This document shows positions 48,576 to 58,865 of a stretch of 64,000 nt of DNA, piece by piece. Positions within the stretch are counted from its first letter, which is position 1, and each line of letters begins with the position of its first letter. This DNA is from Anaerohalosphaeraceae bacterium. Lineage in GTDB: Bacteria; Planctomycetota; Phycisphaerae; Sedimentisphaerales; Anaerohalosphaeraceae. The notes below the pieces were generated by a model that worked only from the letters and a program-made list of their open reading frames with translations, had not been told where the DNA came from and made no database searches. The translations under genes were made by a program, and so were the position numbers. The DNA is taken from assembly GCA_963675525.2 (NCBI GenBank), contig CAXXSL010000001.1, forward strand, positions 64,001 to 128,000. Direction: 5' to 3'.

Positions 48576-49112
48576 ATGGAACAGGAAAAACGCATTCAGG
48601 TGCCGCTAAGCGATGAGGTGGTGCGTCGATTACGGGCCGGGGACGAGGTGTTGATTTCGGGGACGGTGCTGACCGCCCGGGACCAGGCACACAAACGGTT
48701 GTGTGCACTGATCGAACAGGGACGTCCTTTGCCGGTTGAGTTAGCCGGCGCCGTCATTTACTTTGTCGGGCCCACTCCGGCAGCGCCGGGAAAAGTGATC
48801 GGTGCGGCAGGGCCGACGACGTCGTCCCGCATGGATGCCTTTTCGCCGATGCTGTTTGCCGCCGGCTTGAAAGGGACCATTGGCAAGGGCTATCGCGGAC
48901 AGGCGGTACGCGAGGCGATGGTTCGCTGCGGCGGTGTGCATTTCGCAACACTGGGCGGGGCCGGGGCACTGTTGAGCAAGCACATTGTGAAAAGTGAGAT
49001 CGTGGCGTATGAAGACCTGGGTACCGAGGCCATCCGCCGGTTAACATTAGATAAGTTTCCGGCAATTGTGGCCTATGATTGCCACGGCAACAGCGTTTAT
49101 CAAAATCAGTAA
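48576..49112 (+). CDS. Fe-S hydro-lyase beta subunit (class I fumarase/tartrate dehydratase)
   Basis: TARDQAHKR, GPTTSSRM, IGKG, DLGTEAI. Confidence 0.92.
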   Translation: MEQEKRIQVPLSDEVVRRLRAGDEVLISGTVLTARDQAHKRLCALIEQGRPLPVELAGAVIYFVGPTPAAPGKVIGAAGPTTSSRMDAFSPMLFAAGLKGTIGKGYRGQAVREAMVRCGGVHFATLGGAGALLSKHIVKSEIVAYEDLGTEAIRRLTLDKFPAIVAYDCHGNSVYQNQ

Positions 49113-49143
49113 TTTTTATTGATTATAATCAGGAGAAATTTCA

Positions 49144-50214
49144 TTGAAAGTTGCGTTGATAGGTTTAGTGCAGTCGGGGAAAAGTTCGGTGTTGTCCGCC
49201 GTCGGCGGCAAGGAACCGGCGATGGCGGGTTCGACGGATATTCACGAACAGGTGGTCCCGGTGCCGGATGACCGGCTGGACTGGCTGACGGGTCTGTACC
49301 AGCCGAAGAAAACAGTGCATGCGACGGTGGATTGCCAGGACCTGCCGGGGCTGTCGTTTCTGGATGAACACGGCCGCTCGGCGGCCCGCCGGTTGTTTAA
49401 TGATGTGCGTACGGTCGATATGTTTGTGATGGTGGTGCGGGCGTTTGACAATCCTTCTGTTCCGGCTTATCGCAATACGGTCAATCCGGCACGCGACCTG
49501 GAGGAGTTGAAGACCGAAATGCTTCTGGCCGATCTGGAGCTGGTAACCACGCGTATCGAACGGCTCGAAAAGCAGGTCCACAAGCCCACCAAGACGCAAA
49601 TGCGGGACAAGGCCGAATTGGAACTTCAGCTAAAACTGCAGGCGGCCATCGAATCCGAAAACCCCATCAGCAGCGTCATTGAAAATGATCTGCAACTGGA
49701 CCTGATCAAGCCGCTGAATTTTCTGACCCTTAAACCTGTGATGGTTGTTGTCAATATCGGCGAAGGCAAGCTCGATGAAACAGTCGATCTGAAAAAAGCA
49801 GTCGGTGATGAGGTCGAAGTCGTTCAATTGTGTGCGTCACTGGAAAGCGAACTGGCGCAACTGGATGAGGCGGACCGCGCCGAGTTTATGTCGGACATGG
49901 GGCTGACCGAGCCGGCGTCAAAGACATTTATTCAGTGTTGTTACCGAACGCTGGGACTGATCAGTTTTCTGACCGTGGGCAAAGACGAGGTCCGTGCCTG
50001 GACGATCCAGAAGGGCAACAGTGCGGTCGAAGCCGCGGGCAAGGTCCATAGCGATATCCAGCGGGGATTCATCCGGGCCGAAACGATGGCCTATGACGAC
50101 CTGAAAGAACTGGGCGATGAAAAAGCGGTCAAAGCCGCCGGCAAAATGCGGTTGGAAGGAAAGACCTACATCGTCAGCGATGGCGATATCATCAACTTCC
50201 GCTTTAATGTCTGA
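49144..50214 (+). CDS. ychF: Redox-regulated ATPase YchF
   Basis: VPVPD.RL, EVRAWTI, AAGKVHSDI.RGFIRAE, RLEGK.Y.V.DGD. Confidence 0.93.
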   Translation: MKVALIGLVQSGKSSVLSAVGGKEPAMAGSTDIHEQVVPVPDDRLDWLTGLYQPKKTVHATVDCQDLPGLSFLDEHGRSAARRLFNDVRTVDMFVMVVRAFDNPSVPAYRNTVNPARDLEELKTEMLLADLELVTTRIERLEKQVHKPTKTQMRDKAELELQLKLQAAIESENPISSVIENDLQLDLIKPLNFLTLKPVMVVVNIGEGKLDETVDLKKAVGDEVEVVQLCASLESELAQLDEADRAEFMSDMGLTEPASKTFIQCCYRTLGLISFLTVGKDEVRAWTIQKGNSAVEAAGKVHSDIQRGFIRAETMAYDDLKELGDEKAVKAAGKMRLEGKTYIVSDGDIINFRFNV

Positions 50215-50362
50215 GACAGAAGGGTTGCGTGCAGACTTTCGGAGATCATTTCTCTGAAAGGCCTTTTTCAATTAATTCATCGATATCAAGGTACTTGAGC
50301 ACGATATGGACACAAAAAGATAAAGCCTTGTAAATAATTGCATTTACAAGACTTTAAAGGAA

Positions 50363-50435
50363 TGAAGGTGTTGGGGCTCGAACCCAAGACCTACGGCTTA
50401 AAAGGCCGTTGCTCTACCAACTGAGCTACACCTCC
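50363..50435 (-). tRNA. tRNA-Lys(TTT)
   Basis: GGAGGTGTAGCTCAGTTGGTAGAGC..CTTTTAA..GGTTCGAGCC. Confidence 0.95.
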
Positions 50436-50653
50436 GGTCAAAGAATCCAATACTGTAAAGATTATATCGCCGATTTCAAGAAAAAACACCTGAATTCGAT
50501 GAAAAAAATCATTTTAACGGTTTCAGGCAGGCTTTGAGCTGGATTTTTGTGCTTATTTCCGTCCGGTTTTCAGTGGGGTTCAAAGTGATTGTTTTCCAAT
50601 CCTGTTTCCGGTACAATTTGATTGGCCATAACGGGTTTAAAGTGTGAGGTATT

Positions 50654-51730
50654 ATGACAAGGCCGTTACAATTGGACGAGTTGCGGAAGACCAAAAAGAT
50701 CGCGGTTCTGTCACCGGTGGCGTGGCGGACGCCGCCGCGGCAGTATGGGGCGTGGGAAACCGTGGCGAGCAATATTGCCGAAGGATTGGTCCATCGCGGC
50801 TGGGATGTAACCCTGTTTGCGACGGCTGATTCGGTCACAAAGGCTAAACTGCATTCTGTGATCGAGTGTGGTTATGAGGAAGACCCGACGCAGGAAGCAA
50901 AGGTGGTCGAGTGCCTGCAGATTTCCGAAATGATGGAGCATGCGGATGAGTTTGATTTGATTCACAATAATTACGACTTTTTGCCGCTGACGTACAGCCG
51001 CCTGATTCATACGCCGATGCTGACGACAATACACGGGTTTTCATCAGACAACATTCGCCGGGTCTATCACAAATATAAACATGATTCGTACTATGTTTCC
51101 ATCAGTGACTCGGACAGGGATAACCAATTACCATATCTGGCGACGGTTTATAACGGGATAGATATGTCGAATCTGACTTTCAGAGAAAAGGGCGGCGACA
51201 AACTTGTGTTTCTTGGCCGCATTCATCCGGATAAAGGCACGCACCTGGCTTGCGAAACAGCTAAAAAAGCGGGGATGCAGTTGATTATTGCCGGGATTAT
51301 TCAGGATGAGAACTATTTCAACGAAAAGGTTAAGCCGACTATTGATGATAAGCAGATTACCTATATCGGTCCGGTTGGGCCGAAAGAGCGGGACGCGTTG
51401 TTTGAACAGGCATACGCGGTATTGCACTTGAATGAGTTACCCGAGCGGTTCGGGCTGGTGATGGCTGAGGCGATGGCGGCAGGTGTTCCGGTGATTGCTT
51501 ATGACAGGGGTTCGTGCCGGGAGGTTGTGGCGGATAAGGAAACGGGTTTTTTGGTAACCAATGTGGATGAAGCGGTTGAAGCGGTTAAAAAGATTGATAC
51601 AATAGACCGTACTGCTTGCCGCAGGCGTGTGGAAGAGAATTTTTCGATTCCGACGATGATTGCGGCGTATGAAAAAGTGTATAGTGACATCTTCCAACTC
51701 GAAGAAGAAAAAACACATGCGAGGTATTAA
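50654..51730 (+). CDS. GT4 glycosyltransferase
   Basis: PP..YG..E, FLGRIHPDKG, ERFGLVMAEAMAAG.PVI. Confidence 0.93.
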   Translation: MTRPLQLDELRKTKKIAVLSPVAWRTPPRQYGAWETVASNIAEGLVHRGWDVTLFATADSVTKAKLHSVIECGYEEDPTQEAKVVECLQISEMMEHADEFDLIHNNYDFLPLTYSRLIHTPMLTTIHGFSSDNIRRVYHKYKHDSYYVSISDSDRDNQLPYLATVYNGIDMSNLTFREKGGDKLVFLGRIHPDKGTHLACETAKKAGMQLIIAGIIQDENYFNEKVKPTIDDKQITYIGPVGPKERDALFEQAYAVLHLNELPERFGLVMAEAMAAGVPVIAYDRGSCREVVADKETGFLVTNVDEAVEAVKKIDTIDRTACRRRVEENFSIPTMIAAYEKVYSDIFQLEEEKTHARY

Positions 51731-51732
51731 TG

Positions 51733-52256
51733 TTAGCCCTCGCAACTTTAGTTGCGGGGTTTGGAGAAGGAGAAAAATGATTGCGTATATGTTGACATGG
51801 ACGACGTATGGAACATGGCTTCAGGGTGATAAAAGAGGGTATGTCAAGGATGGAAAAACGTATGCAACCAATCCAGGACTTTACAACTCGAATCGAATGG
51901 CTCTCAAGCATCTGCCCGTTTATTTGTCGGAGGACCAAAGAAATCTTGTAAAGGTCCAAATCATCGAGGAAGCAGAACGGATCGGACAAAAAATTTATGC
52001 ATTGACGATCCAGGATAGACATGTACATTTGGTTGCTGAAAAAACAAATGAGACAATTGAGTCCGCGGTTCATCATTATAAGCGGACAGCGACGTATGTT
52101 CTTCGTCAAAATGGTTTTATCGGAAAAGTATGGACAAAAGGGTATGATAAGCGTTATTGTTTGAATCAGGGCCAGTTGAAGGCAAGGGTTGAATACGTGT
52201 TAAGGCATGATGTGAAAATTGAGAAAAGACCCCCGCAACTGAGTTGCAAGGGCTAA
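51733..52256 (+). mobile_element. REP-associated Y1 HUH tyrosine transposase (CDS 51777-52256) bracketed by inverted REPs
   Basis: LTWTTYGTWL.GD.RG, HVH, W.KG..Y motifs. Left TTAGCCCTCGCAACTTTAGTTGCGGGG; right end is its reverse complement with few differences. Confidence 0.85.
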
Positions 52257-52295
52257 ACGGGAATACGGTTGCGGGGTTTAAACGAGGAGAATAAC

Positions 52296-53234
52296 ATGCG
52301 AAAAGAATTTGTGACGCGGTATGAGGGCAATCCGATTTTGACGAAGGCGGATGTGCCGTATAAGGTGGAGACGGTTCATAATGCCGGCGTGGTCAAGCAC
52401 AACGGCCAATACATTATGCTGTTTCGTTCGCATCTGGATACGGGCCGCTCGATCATCGGTAAGGCCGTCAGCGATGACGGGTTTAACTTTACCGTCGAAC
52501 CGAGCCCCGTTTATGACTCCGTCCAAAGAGGGTGATTTTGCCGAGTATGAGGCGTTCGGCGTCGAGGACCCGCGCATCAATCCGCTGGAAGGGGCGTATT
52601 ACATCACCTACAGCGCCTATTCCAAGCACGGCGTGCGAATCGGGCTGGCGAAAACGACCGATTTTATCAGACAATTGAACGGATTGCCTTTATTACGCAG
52701 GCCGATTACCGCAATACGGTGATTTTTCCGGAAAAAATCAATGGCCGGTATGTCAAGCTGGACCGCCCGCATTCGGACATCAGCCCGTGGTCGATCTGGT
52801 GTGAGTATTCGCCCGATCTGCGGCACTGGGGCGATTCCAAGGTCATCATGAAGCCGGTCACCTATCACTGGGACGAGATGAAGATCGGTCCCGGCGCACC
52901 ACCGATCAAGACCGCCAAGGGCTGGCTGAATATCTATCACGGCGTGTACCCCACAATGGACGGCAGTGTGTACCGCCTCGGCGTCTGCCTGCATAAGCTG
53001 GATGATCCGGCGGCGATTCTGGGTGTATCGGACCGATGGATTCTAACGCCGGAGGACCCGTGGGAGCTGGTTGGTTATGTGCATAACGTGGTCTTTACCT
53101 GTGCCGCGGTCCCGGAGGACGACGGAACGCTGAAACTCTACTGGGGCGCCGCTGATACCGTCATGTGTGCCGGCACGGCGAATATTGATGAACTGGTCGA
53201 CCTTTGTCTGACTGACAGCCGCCCGCCGATGTGA
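52296..53234 (+). pseudogene. GH130 glycosidase/phosphorylase with two frameshifts (~52505, ~52668)
   Basis: NPIL, HNAGV, EDPRI, FPEKING, KIG.G.PP, YHGV, NVVF split over three ORFs. Confidence 0.82.
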
Positions 53235-53312
53235 TTTGAAACCGCAGATTTCGCGGATTGCACAGATTTTAATAAAAAGATAATTACAGGACCCGAGTAG
53301 AATGGAAAATAA

Positions 53313-54479
53313 ATGAAAACCATTAATGTTGTACTGCTCAGCATAATCATATCTATTGGCATCTTGCTGGCTGGTTATGCAGGCTTGATGTACCTTGGCG
53401 CCAAGATGTGGGAAAGTGGTTGGGTTAGAGGTGATTCGATTGAAGGGCCTGATGGATATACATATTGCCTAATGCTCGAAACTGGTTTGATGCAGGATCC
53501 ACATACAAAACTCATTAGAACAAAAGATATAAAAAACGAAGATACTTATGAAGTTTTAGGTTCAACAAATGATGAGTCAAGTTGGTTGCCAGTTATTCGA
53601 CCTTTAAACTCTCCAAAGGTTGAAGGAGACATGCGATATTTACCAACAAACAATGTTGTATACGGGGTTTCTCATTATAATAAAGTTTATTTTATATATG
53701 ATATTGATAACGATCAATATTATGAAGGTTACGAAAGCGGAGAAATGTCTCCATTTATACTAATTGAACATGAAGATACAAAGTTATATAAACCTGACAT
53801 ATTCCCAGTTCTTATGCGTGTTGTAAAGGAATATGATTTCTATATCGACACCAAAAAGTATCTGGAGCCAGATATTAAAGATTCAGAAATTGAAGAACAG
53901 TTAGGAAAGCAATATTTGGCTGACTGGCCTTCACCAGAGGCATTAAAAGGGGGAATGAGTCATCCAAATGAAGAAGTAAGGAAATTATCTAAGTGGATTA
54001 TGGCAATTCAAGAAAATGGATTGTCGCATGATTCCGAAGCCATTGATGAACTCATAACTTTCTTAATTGAAAACATAAATATTAAAGATGATTATGCTCA
54101 AGACTGCCTAATTTCAACATTGGGATATTTTAGAAATTCCTACATAACAAAAGCCATACCTTGTATGGAAGAGATTATATTGCGTAAAGACGAGAAAATT
54201 GCTTCTGATGTTGCAGAAAGTTTGGGAAGAATGGGTTCTCCTGCATATCCTTTTTTAGTTGAGTGTTTGAAGTCAGAAGATGAATCAATACGTCATTTAG
54301 GATTGGTGGGTTTTAGTAATGCTGATGCTGATGCCAGAATTTACGTAGAAGAAATTAAGTTATTATTAAATGACAGCAGTATAAATGTACGACAGCAGGC
54401 ATCAGAAGCGTTAGATCGCATTAAATGGAGTTGCGAGATGGTGCAACTCATTCAATTACATAGGCAACCCAATGAATAG
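53313..54479 (+). CDS. AT-rich membrane-anchored HEAT-repeat protein
   Basis: N-terminal TM; LL.D....VR..A..AL repeats. Confidence 0.75.
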   Translation: MKTINVVLLSIIISIGILLAGYAGLMYLGAKMWESGWVRGDSIEGPDGYTYCLMLETGLMQDPHTKLIRTKDIKNEDTYEVLGSTNDESSWLPVIRPLNSPKVEGDMRYLPTNNVVYGVSHYNKVYFIYDIDNDQYYEGYESGEMSPFILIEHEDTKLYKPDIFPVLMRVVKEYDFYIDTKKYLEPDIKDSEIEEQLGKQYLADWPSPEALKGGMSHPNEEVRKLSKWIMAIQENGLSHDSEAIDELITFLIENINIKDDYAQDCLISTLGYFRNSYITKAIPCMEEIILRKDEKIASDVAESLGRMGSPAYPFLVECLKSEDESIRHLGLVGFSNADADARIYVEEIKLLLNDSSINVRQQASEALDRIKWSCEMVQLIQLHRQPNE

Positions 54480-54993
54480 TACGATTGAAGTATATTATCG
54501 TTTGCGTGCTGAGGTGGACCGTCAGACTGCCGCGTTAGAGAGTGTGCATTCTGATTGGATGGCTTGCAAGAAGGGGTGCTGTGGGTGTTGTATGGACCTC
54601 ACGGTCTGGCCGGTGGAGTTTTATTCGATTGTTGAAGAAATAAAGCAGCTTGAGTGGGATAAACCCCAATTCAACGACGATGCAGCATGCGGTTTTTTGA
54701 AAGACGGTCTTTGTGTTATCTATCCATTCAGACCGATTATTTGCCGGACGCATGGATTGCCGCTGGTGTACTGGCACGAGGAAACCGACCCGCCGGGTTA
54801 CGGTGTGATGTTTTGTGAGAAAAACTTCAGAGATGCCGACGAAATTGAATTCGGCCCGGACAGCACGCTGAATATGGATAAGGTTAACGAGAAACTGGCC
54901 CGGCTCAATGTCGCCTTTGTCGAGGAAAAAAAAGACCTGTCACTGGAATCCGACACGCGAATAGAAATGCGAAAGTTATTGGATTATCTTTAA
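54472..54993 (+). CDS. YkgJ-family cysteine cluster protein
   Basis: CKKGCCGCC, C.FL..G.C.IY..RP.ICR. Confidence 0.88.
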   Translation: MNSTIEVYYRLRAEVDRQTAALESVHSDWMACKKGCCGCCMDLTVWPVEFYSIVEEIKQLEWDKPQFNDDAACGFLKDGLCVIYPFRPIICRTHGLPLVYWHEETDPPGYGVMFCEKNFRDADEIEFGPDSTLNMDKVNEKLARLNVAFVEEKKDLSLESDTRIEMRKLLDYL

Positions 54994-55118
54994 CGACTGT
55001 GTGTCTTAGAGATTATAGCACTATCTGACATCCCCAATAAGGAACCGCTTCGCGGGGCTATTTTTAATAGATTCCTCACATTTGTTCGGGATGACCCGAT
55101 GGGTTTTCTTAGACGGTT

Positions 55119-55796
55119 TTAGTGCATGATATTGAACAGCATTGCCATGTCAATTTGCGAAAAATCGTCATAAACGCCCTTTGCATCATGGGCTTCGGTC
55201 AGTTCATGCGGATCACCGCCGAATGTGATGACGATATACGGCATGCCCGCGGCACGTGCGGCTTTGAAACCGGAGGCTGAATCTTCAATAACCAGGCATT
55301 TTTCCGGCAGAACTGCCATTCCCTCGGCGGCTTTTAAAAACAGTTCCGGGTCCGGTTTTCCAACAGAGACAAGATCACGGTAGACAACAGCCTGAAAAAA
55401 TTTCCGAATCCCCAGTTCGTCCAGCACAAAATCGACATTTTCCTTGGGGGAATTTGATGCGGCCGCACAGGGGGTCTCTTTTTCGGCAAGCTGTTCCAAC
55501 AGGGCGACCAAGCCGGGCGTTTCTTTCATCACCGGCCGGAATGTTTGGCGATACAGGGATTCTTTCTCGATCTCGATCTTGCGGATAAAGGCTGCGTCCA
55601 CGTCCGGGCCGAACAGGTTTACTACGATCTGGTCGTTGCTGCGTGCGTGGATCTTCTCATGATACGATTGATGGTCCAGCGGAATCTCGTACCGGGCGCA
55701 CAGATCGAACCACGCCTGGCGGTGATAGCTGGTGTTATTGACCATCGTGCCGTCAATGTCAAAAATGACGCCGAACTGATATTTATTCTCTGCCAT
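55119..55796 (-). CDS. HAD-family phosphatase (beta-PGM-like)
   Basis: FDIDGT, KPDPE, IEDS..G. Confidence 0.92.
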   Translation of the reverse strand: MAENKYQFGVIFDIDGTMVNNTSYHRQAWFDLCARYEIPLDHQSYHEKIHARSNDQIVVNLFGPDVDAAFIRKIEIEKESLYRQTFRPVMKETPGLVALLEQLAEKETPCAAASNSPKENVDFVLDELGIRKFFQAVVYRDLVSVGKPDPELFLKAAEGMAVLPEKCLVIEDSASGFKAARAAGMPYIVITFGGDPHELTEAHDAKGVYDDFSQIDMAMLFNIMH

Positions 55797-55811
55797 TCTG
55801 GTTCCTTTACG

Positions 55812-55882
55812 TTGTCATCCCGGATATCGAGCCGAAATCCGGTCCGTCACCCTCTGGATGCCGGGTCAAGCCCGGCATGACA
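55812..55882. repeat. REP-like palindromic element
   Basis: TTGTCATCCCGG...CTGGATGCCGGGTCAAGCCCGGCATGACAA. Confidence 0.7.
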
Positions 55883-55939
55883 AGCGAAATAATACGAGCC
55901 GGATACCCTACACTAAAATCACAAAAAGTCAAGTACCGA

Positions 55940-56248
55940 TCAAAGGGCGGGGAGGTGATGGCCGGAGGTAAAGGTTTCGCGGTGTATCTGCCCGACGTAA
56001 AACCGGCCGTCATTGAGGATGAAATTGACGATCTTGTCCAGTTGTTCATCCAGATGCGAGCCTTCGTTGGAGATAACGCCCACACCGACAACGGCCAACC
56101 TGGTACTGTCCTGGGCGGCGATTTCCGCAACCGAAGCGTTGAAACGGTTGCGCAGACGCTCAACAAGGCTTTTGACGATGCTGCGCTTGCCTTTCAGCGA
56201 GCCGACGGCCTCCAGATGAAGATGAATTGTCAACAAACCGATAACCAT
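55940..56248 (-). CDS. DUF503 (YlxP-like) protein
   Basis: SLKGKRSIVKS...RFNASVAE..QD. Confidence 0.88.
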   Translation of the reverse strand: MVIGLLTIHLHLEAVGSLKGKRSIVKSLVERLRNRFNASVAEIAAQDSTRLAVVGVGVISNEGSHLDEQLDKIVNFILNDGRFYVGQIHRETFTSGHHLPAL

Positions 56249-56270
56249 AATTACAGTTACTGCTTTATAA

Positions 56271-57263
56271 TTAAACCTCCGTTACAGGTTCGATCAGGCA
56301 GGGCTTCAAATGCAGGTAGCTTGTTGTCCGGCGCTTCTGATCAATGTCCTCATAGACCCATTGTACCTGATCGGATTCCAGACCCACCGCCGGGGCAACC
56401 TGTTCGGGTGTAAAGCCGTTATTTTTGCCGTAGAGACACAGGTCCATTTTATCATACGGCAGGGAGAAATAGAATTCTTCCTGCGACTGCGGCATGGAAT
56501 AGGTGTCCGTAGTGGGGGGGCGGTTGCAGATATCGTCGGGCAGACCGAGATACCGGGCCATCGCGTACACCTGCGTTTTATACAGGTGTGCGATCGGCTT
56601 GATGTCCGCCAATCCATCGCCGCCTTTGACGAAGAACCCCTGGTCGTACTCAAGCCGGTTCGGTGTACCGGTAACGGCGTAGTTCAGCCGGTCGGCATGA
56701 TAATACTCAAGCATTTTACGGGTTCGCTGCTTGAAGTTGGTCGCGGCGACGATGCCCAGGTAAGCGGTTGGTGGGAGTCGTTTTTGGATCGTTTCACCTT
56801 TAGGCGACATGGCGACAACGGAGAAAAACCGCAGACTTTTGCTGTCCGTGACACTTGGCAGAACGATTTTGGATTTCCAGCCGGCCGACGAATCATATTC
56901 AGGGATGACTTCGCGAATCGCGTCGTCGCGGCGCTGATAACAGCCAAAAGCCTCAAGCATGGGCGTAATGATCTCCTTTTTGCTGTCAATGCCCAAATGG
57001 TCAGAAACCATTGTACTCAAGCGGATTGTTTCGGGTGAAGAGTCGACCTCCGGCATATGCAAACCGAATACCCGTTCTTTACCGATCGCCGCGACGCACA
57101 GGGCCGCGACGGTGCTGCTGTCAATGCCGCCGGACAGGCCGACAACCAGCCCTTTTCGCTTTAAATCGCCTCTTAATGATTTCTGAATAGCGGTTTTGAC
57201 TTTTTCCAGTTCCTGAGCGAAGTCCAACTCCAGAACATTTTCTGTTAGCATTTTCGAATTCAC
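56271..57263 (-). CDS. nadE: NH3-dependent NAD synthetase-like N-type ATP pyrophosphatase
   Basis: GLSGGIDS, N.KQR.R, GTPNRLE..GFFVK.GDG, HLYKTQVY. Confidence 0.82.
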   Translation of the reverse strand: MNSKMLTENVLELDFAQELEKVKTAIQKSLRGDLKRKGLVVGLSGGIDSSTVAALCVAAIGKERVFGLHMPEVDSSPETIRLSTMVSDHLGIDSKKEIITPMLEAFGCYQRRDDAIREVIPEYDSSAGWKSKIVLPSVTDSKSLRFFSVVAMSPKGETIQKRLPPTAYLGIVAATNFKQRTRKMLEYYHADRLNYAVTGTPNRLEYDQGFFVKGGDGLADIKPIAHLYKTQVYAMARYLGLPDDICNRPPTTDTYSMPQSQEEFYFSLPYDKMDLCLYGKNNGFTPEQVAPAVGLESDQVQWVYEDIDQKRRTTSYLHLKPCLIEPVTEV

Positions 57264-58861
57264 GGATTTAATTCCTCCCGTTTTTTTAATTGTTTTTTAT
57301 CAATTTTTCCATTCGGTGTTTTTGGCAAGGCTTCTACAATTTCGATATATTTGGGAACCATGTAGTTTTCCATTGTTTCCGAACACGATTTTAAAATCTG
57401 CTGATCGGTCAAAGGATATCCTTCGTTCAGGACTACAAACGCCTTAACGACCTGCCCGAAGATTTCGTCCGGGACCCCGATGACAGCGGTTTCGGAAATA
57501 CCGTCAATTTGTAACAGCAGGTTTTCCACTTCAAGCGGACTGACACGTTCTCCGCGTGTTTTGATCATATCTCCTTTTCGGCTGACAAAATAAAGAAAAC
57601 CGTCTTTATCGCGTCTGAAGAAATCCCCCGTGTAGAGGTGGACCTGTTCGGGCAGAGGTCCGGGGCGAAATACCTGAGCGGTCAGTTCCGGGTCCTTATA
57701 ATAGCCGTCCATCACATTGGCTCCGGTGACGACCAATTCACCGACCTCGTCGGGCCCGGTTTCATGGCCGTTTTCATCGGCGATCCAAACCTTGCAGTTT
57801 GGGATTTCAAAACCCACCGAATCCGGGCGTTCGTCGATAAATTCGGGTTTCAGGTAACAGGTTCGTACGCATTCTGTCAGACCGTACATCGGGTAAATCT
57901 TCACATGCGGGATCAGTTTTCGTAACTGTCGTGTGTAACGTACCGGAAGGGCGGCTCCTGCGTTTGTGATATATTTAAGGCTTGAGAAATCATACTCTTC
58001 GATGCCCTGAAGTTTGAGCATCATCGCCAGCACTGTCGGCACAACCGGCAAAGCGGTGACACAGTGTTCTGAGATTTTCCTCAGGGTATCATGCAAATAA
58101 ACAAACCCTTTTTCGAGAACAACGGTTCCGCCGAATATCGCGGCCATAAGGACCTGATAAAGACCGTACCCGAAGGACAGTGACAGGACATTTAATATGA
58201 CGTCATCATGGTCATTTTCGAGGTAATGGATTATGCTTTGGGCAACATTTATCATTTTATGATGCGGCTGCATGACCCCTTTGGGCTGACCGGTGGAACC
58301 GGACGTATAGATCAATGCAGCAAGGTCTTTTTCATCGGCCCGGGGCAAAGAGACAGATGCGACCGCTTTTTCCTGCGAGGTCAGTTCATTCCAGTTATAA
58401 GATACCATTGCGGTTTTTAATGCCGGGGGAATAGTGCCCGTTGGCGTGACCCAGATAACCGAGGGCTTTTCTTCACAAACGTCGATTGCCTGTAATACAA
58501 TTCGGGCCTTGGCCGTATGCGTAATGAGTATTTTGGCGTCGCTGTTATTGAGGATATAATTGAGCTTTCCGGCTTTGACGGTACTGTTGATAATAACGAA
58601 AGTTCCGGCAGCTTTGGAAATAGCATAGAGGGCTACGACTGTTTCAGCGGAATTATCCAGAAGGACGGCGACCTTGTCCTGAGGCCGAATGCCACGATCG
58701 AGCAATTGAAATGCCAGTGAGGTTGAGATGTCGTCCATTTCCTGAAAAGACACGTGTTTTGACCCGCAAATAATAAACGGCTTATCGCCGTGTTGTTTTG
58801 CGGCTTCCGTCAAATAATCATGTATGAGTGCAGGTTTTAACATATTTGCTTTATCGATCAT
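57260..58861 (-). CDS. AMP-dependent acyl/aminoacyl ligase (adenylate-forming)
   Basis: YTSGSTGQPKG, YGLTE, YTGD, PKTPNGKID. Confidence 0.93.
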   Translation of the reverse strand: MIDKANMLKPALIHDYLTEAAKQHGDKPFIICGSKHVSFQEMDDISTSLAFQLLDRGIRPQDKVAVLLDNSAETVVALYAISKAAGTFVIINSTVKAGKLNYILNNSDAKILITHTAKARIVLQAIDVCEEKPSVIWVTPTGTIPPALKTAMVSYNWNELTSQEKAVASVSLPRADEKDLAALIYTSGSTGQPKGVMQPHHKMINVAQSIIHYLENDHDDVILNVLSLSFGYGLYQVLMAAIFGGTVVLEKGFVYLHDTLRKISEHCVTALPVVPTVLAMMLKLQGIEEYDFSSLKYITNAGAALPVRYTRQLRKLIPHVKIYPMYGLTECVRTCYLKPEFIDERPDSVGFEIPNCKVWIADENGHETGPDEVGELVVTGANVMDGYYKDPELTAQVFRPGPLPEQVHLYTGDFFRRDKDGFLYFVSRKGDMIKTRGERVSPLEVENLLLQIDGISETAVIGVPDEIFGQVVKAFVVLNEGYPLTDQQILKSCSETMENYMVPKYIEIVEALPKTPNGKIDKKQLKKREELNP

Positions 58862-58865
58862 TTGT

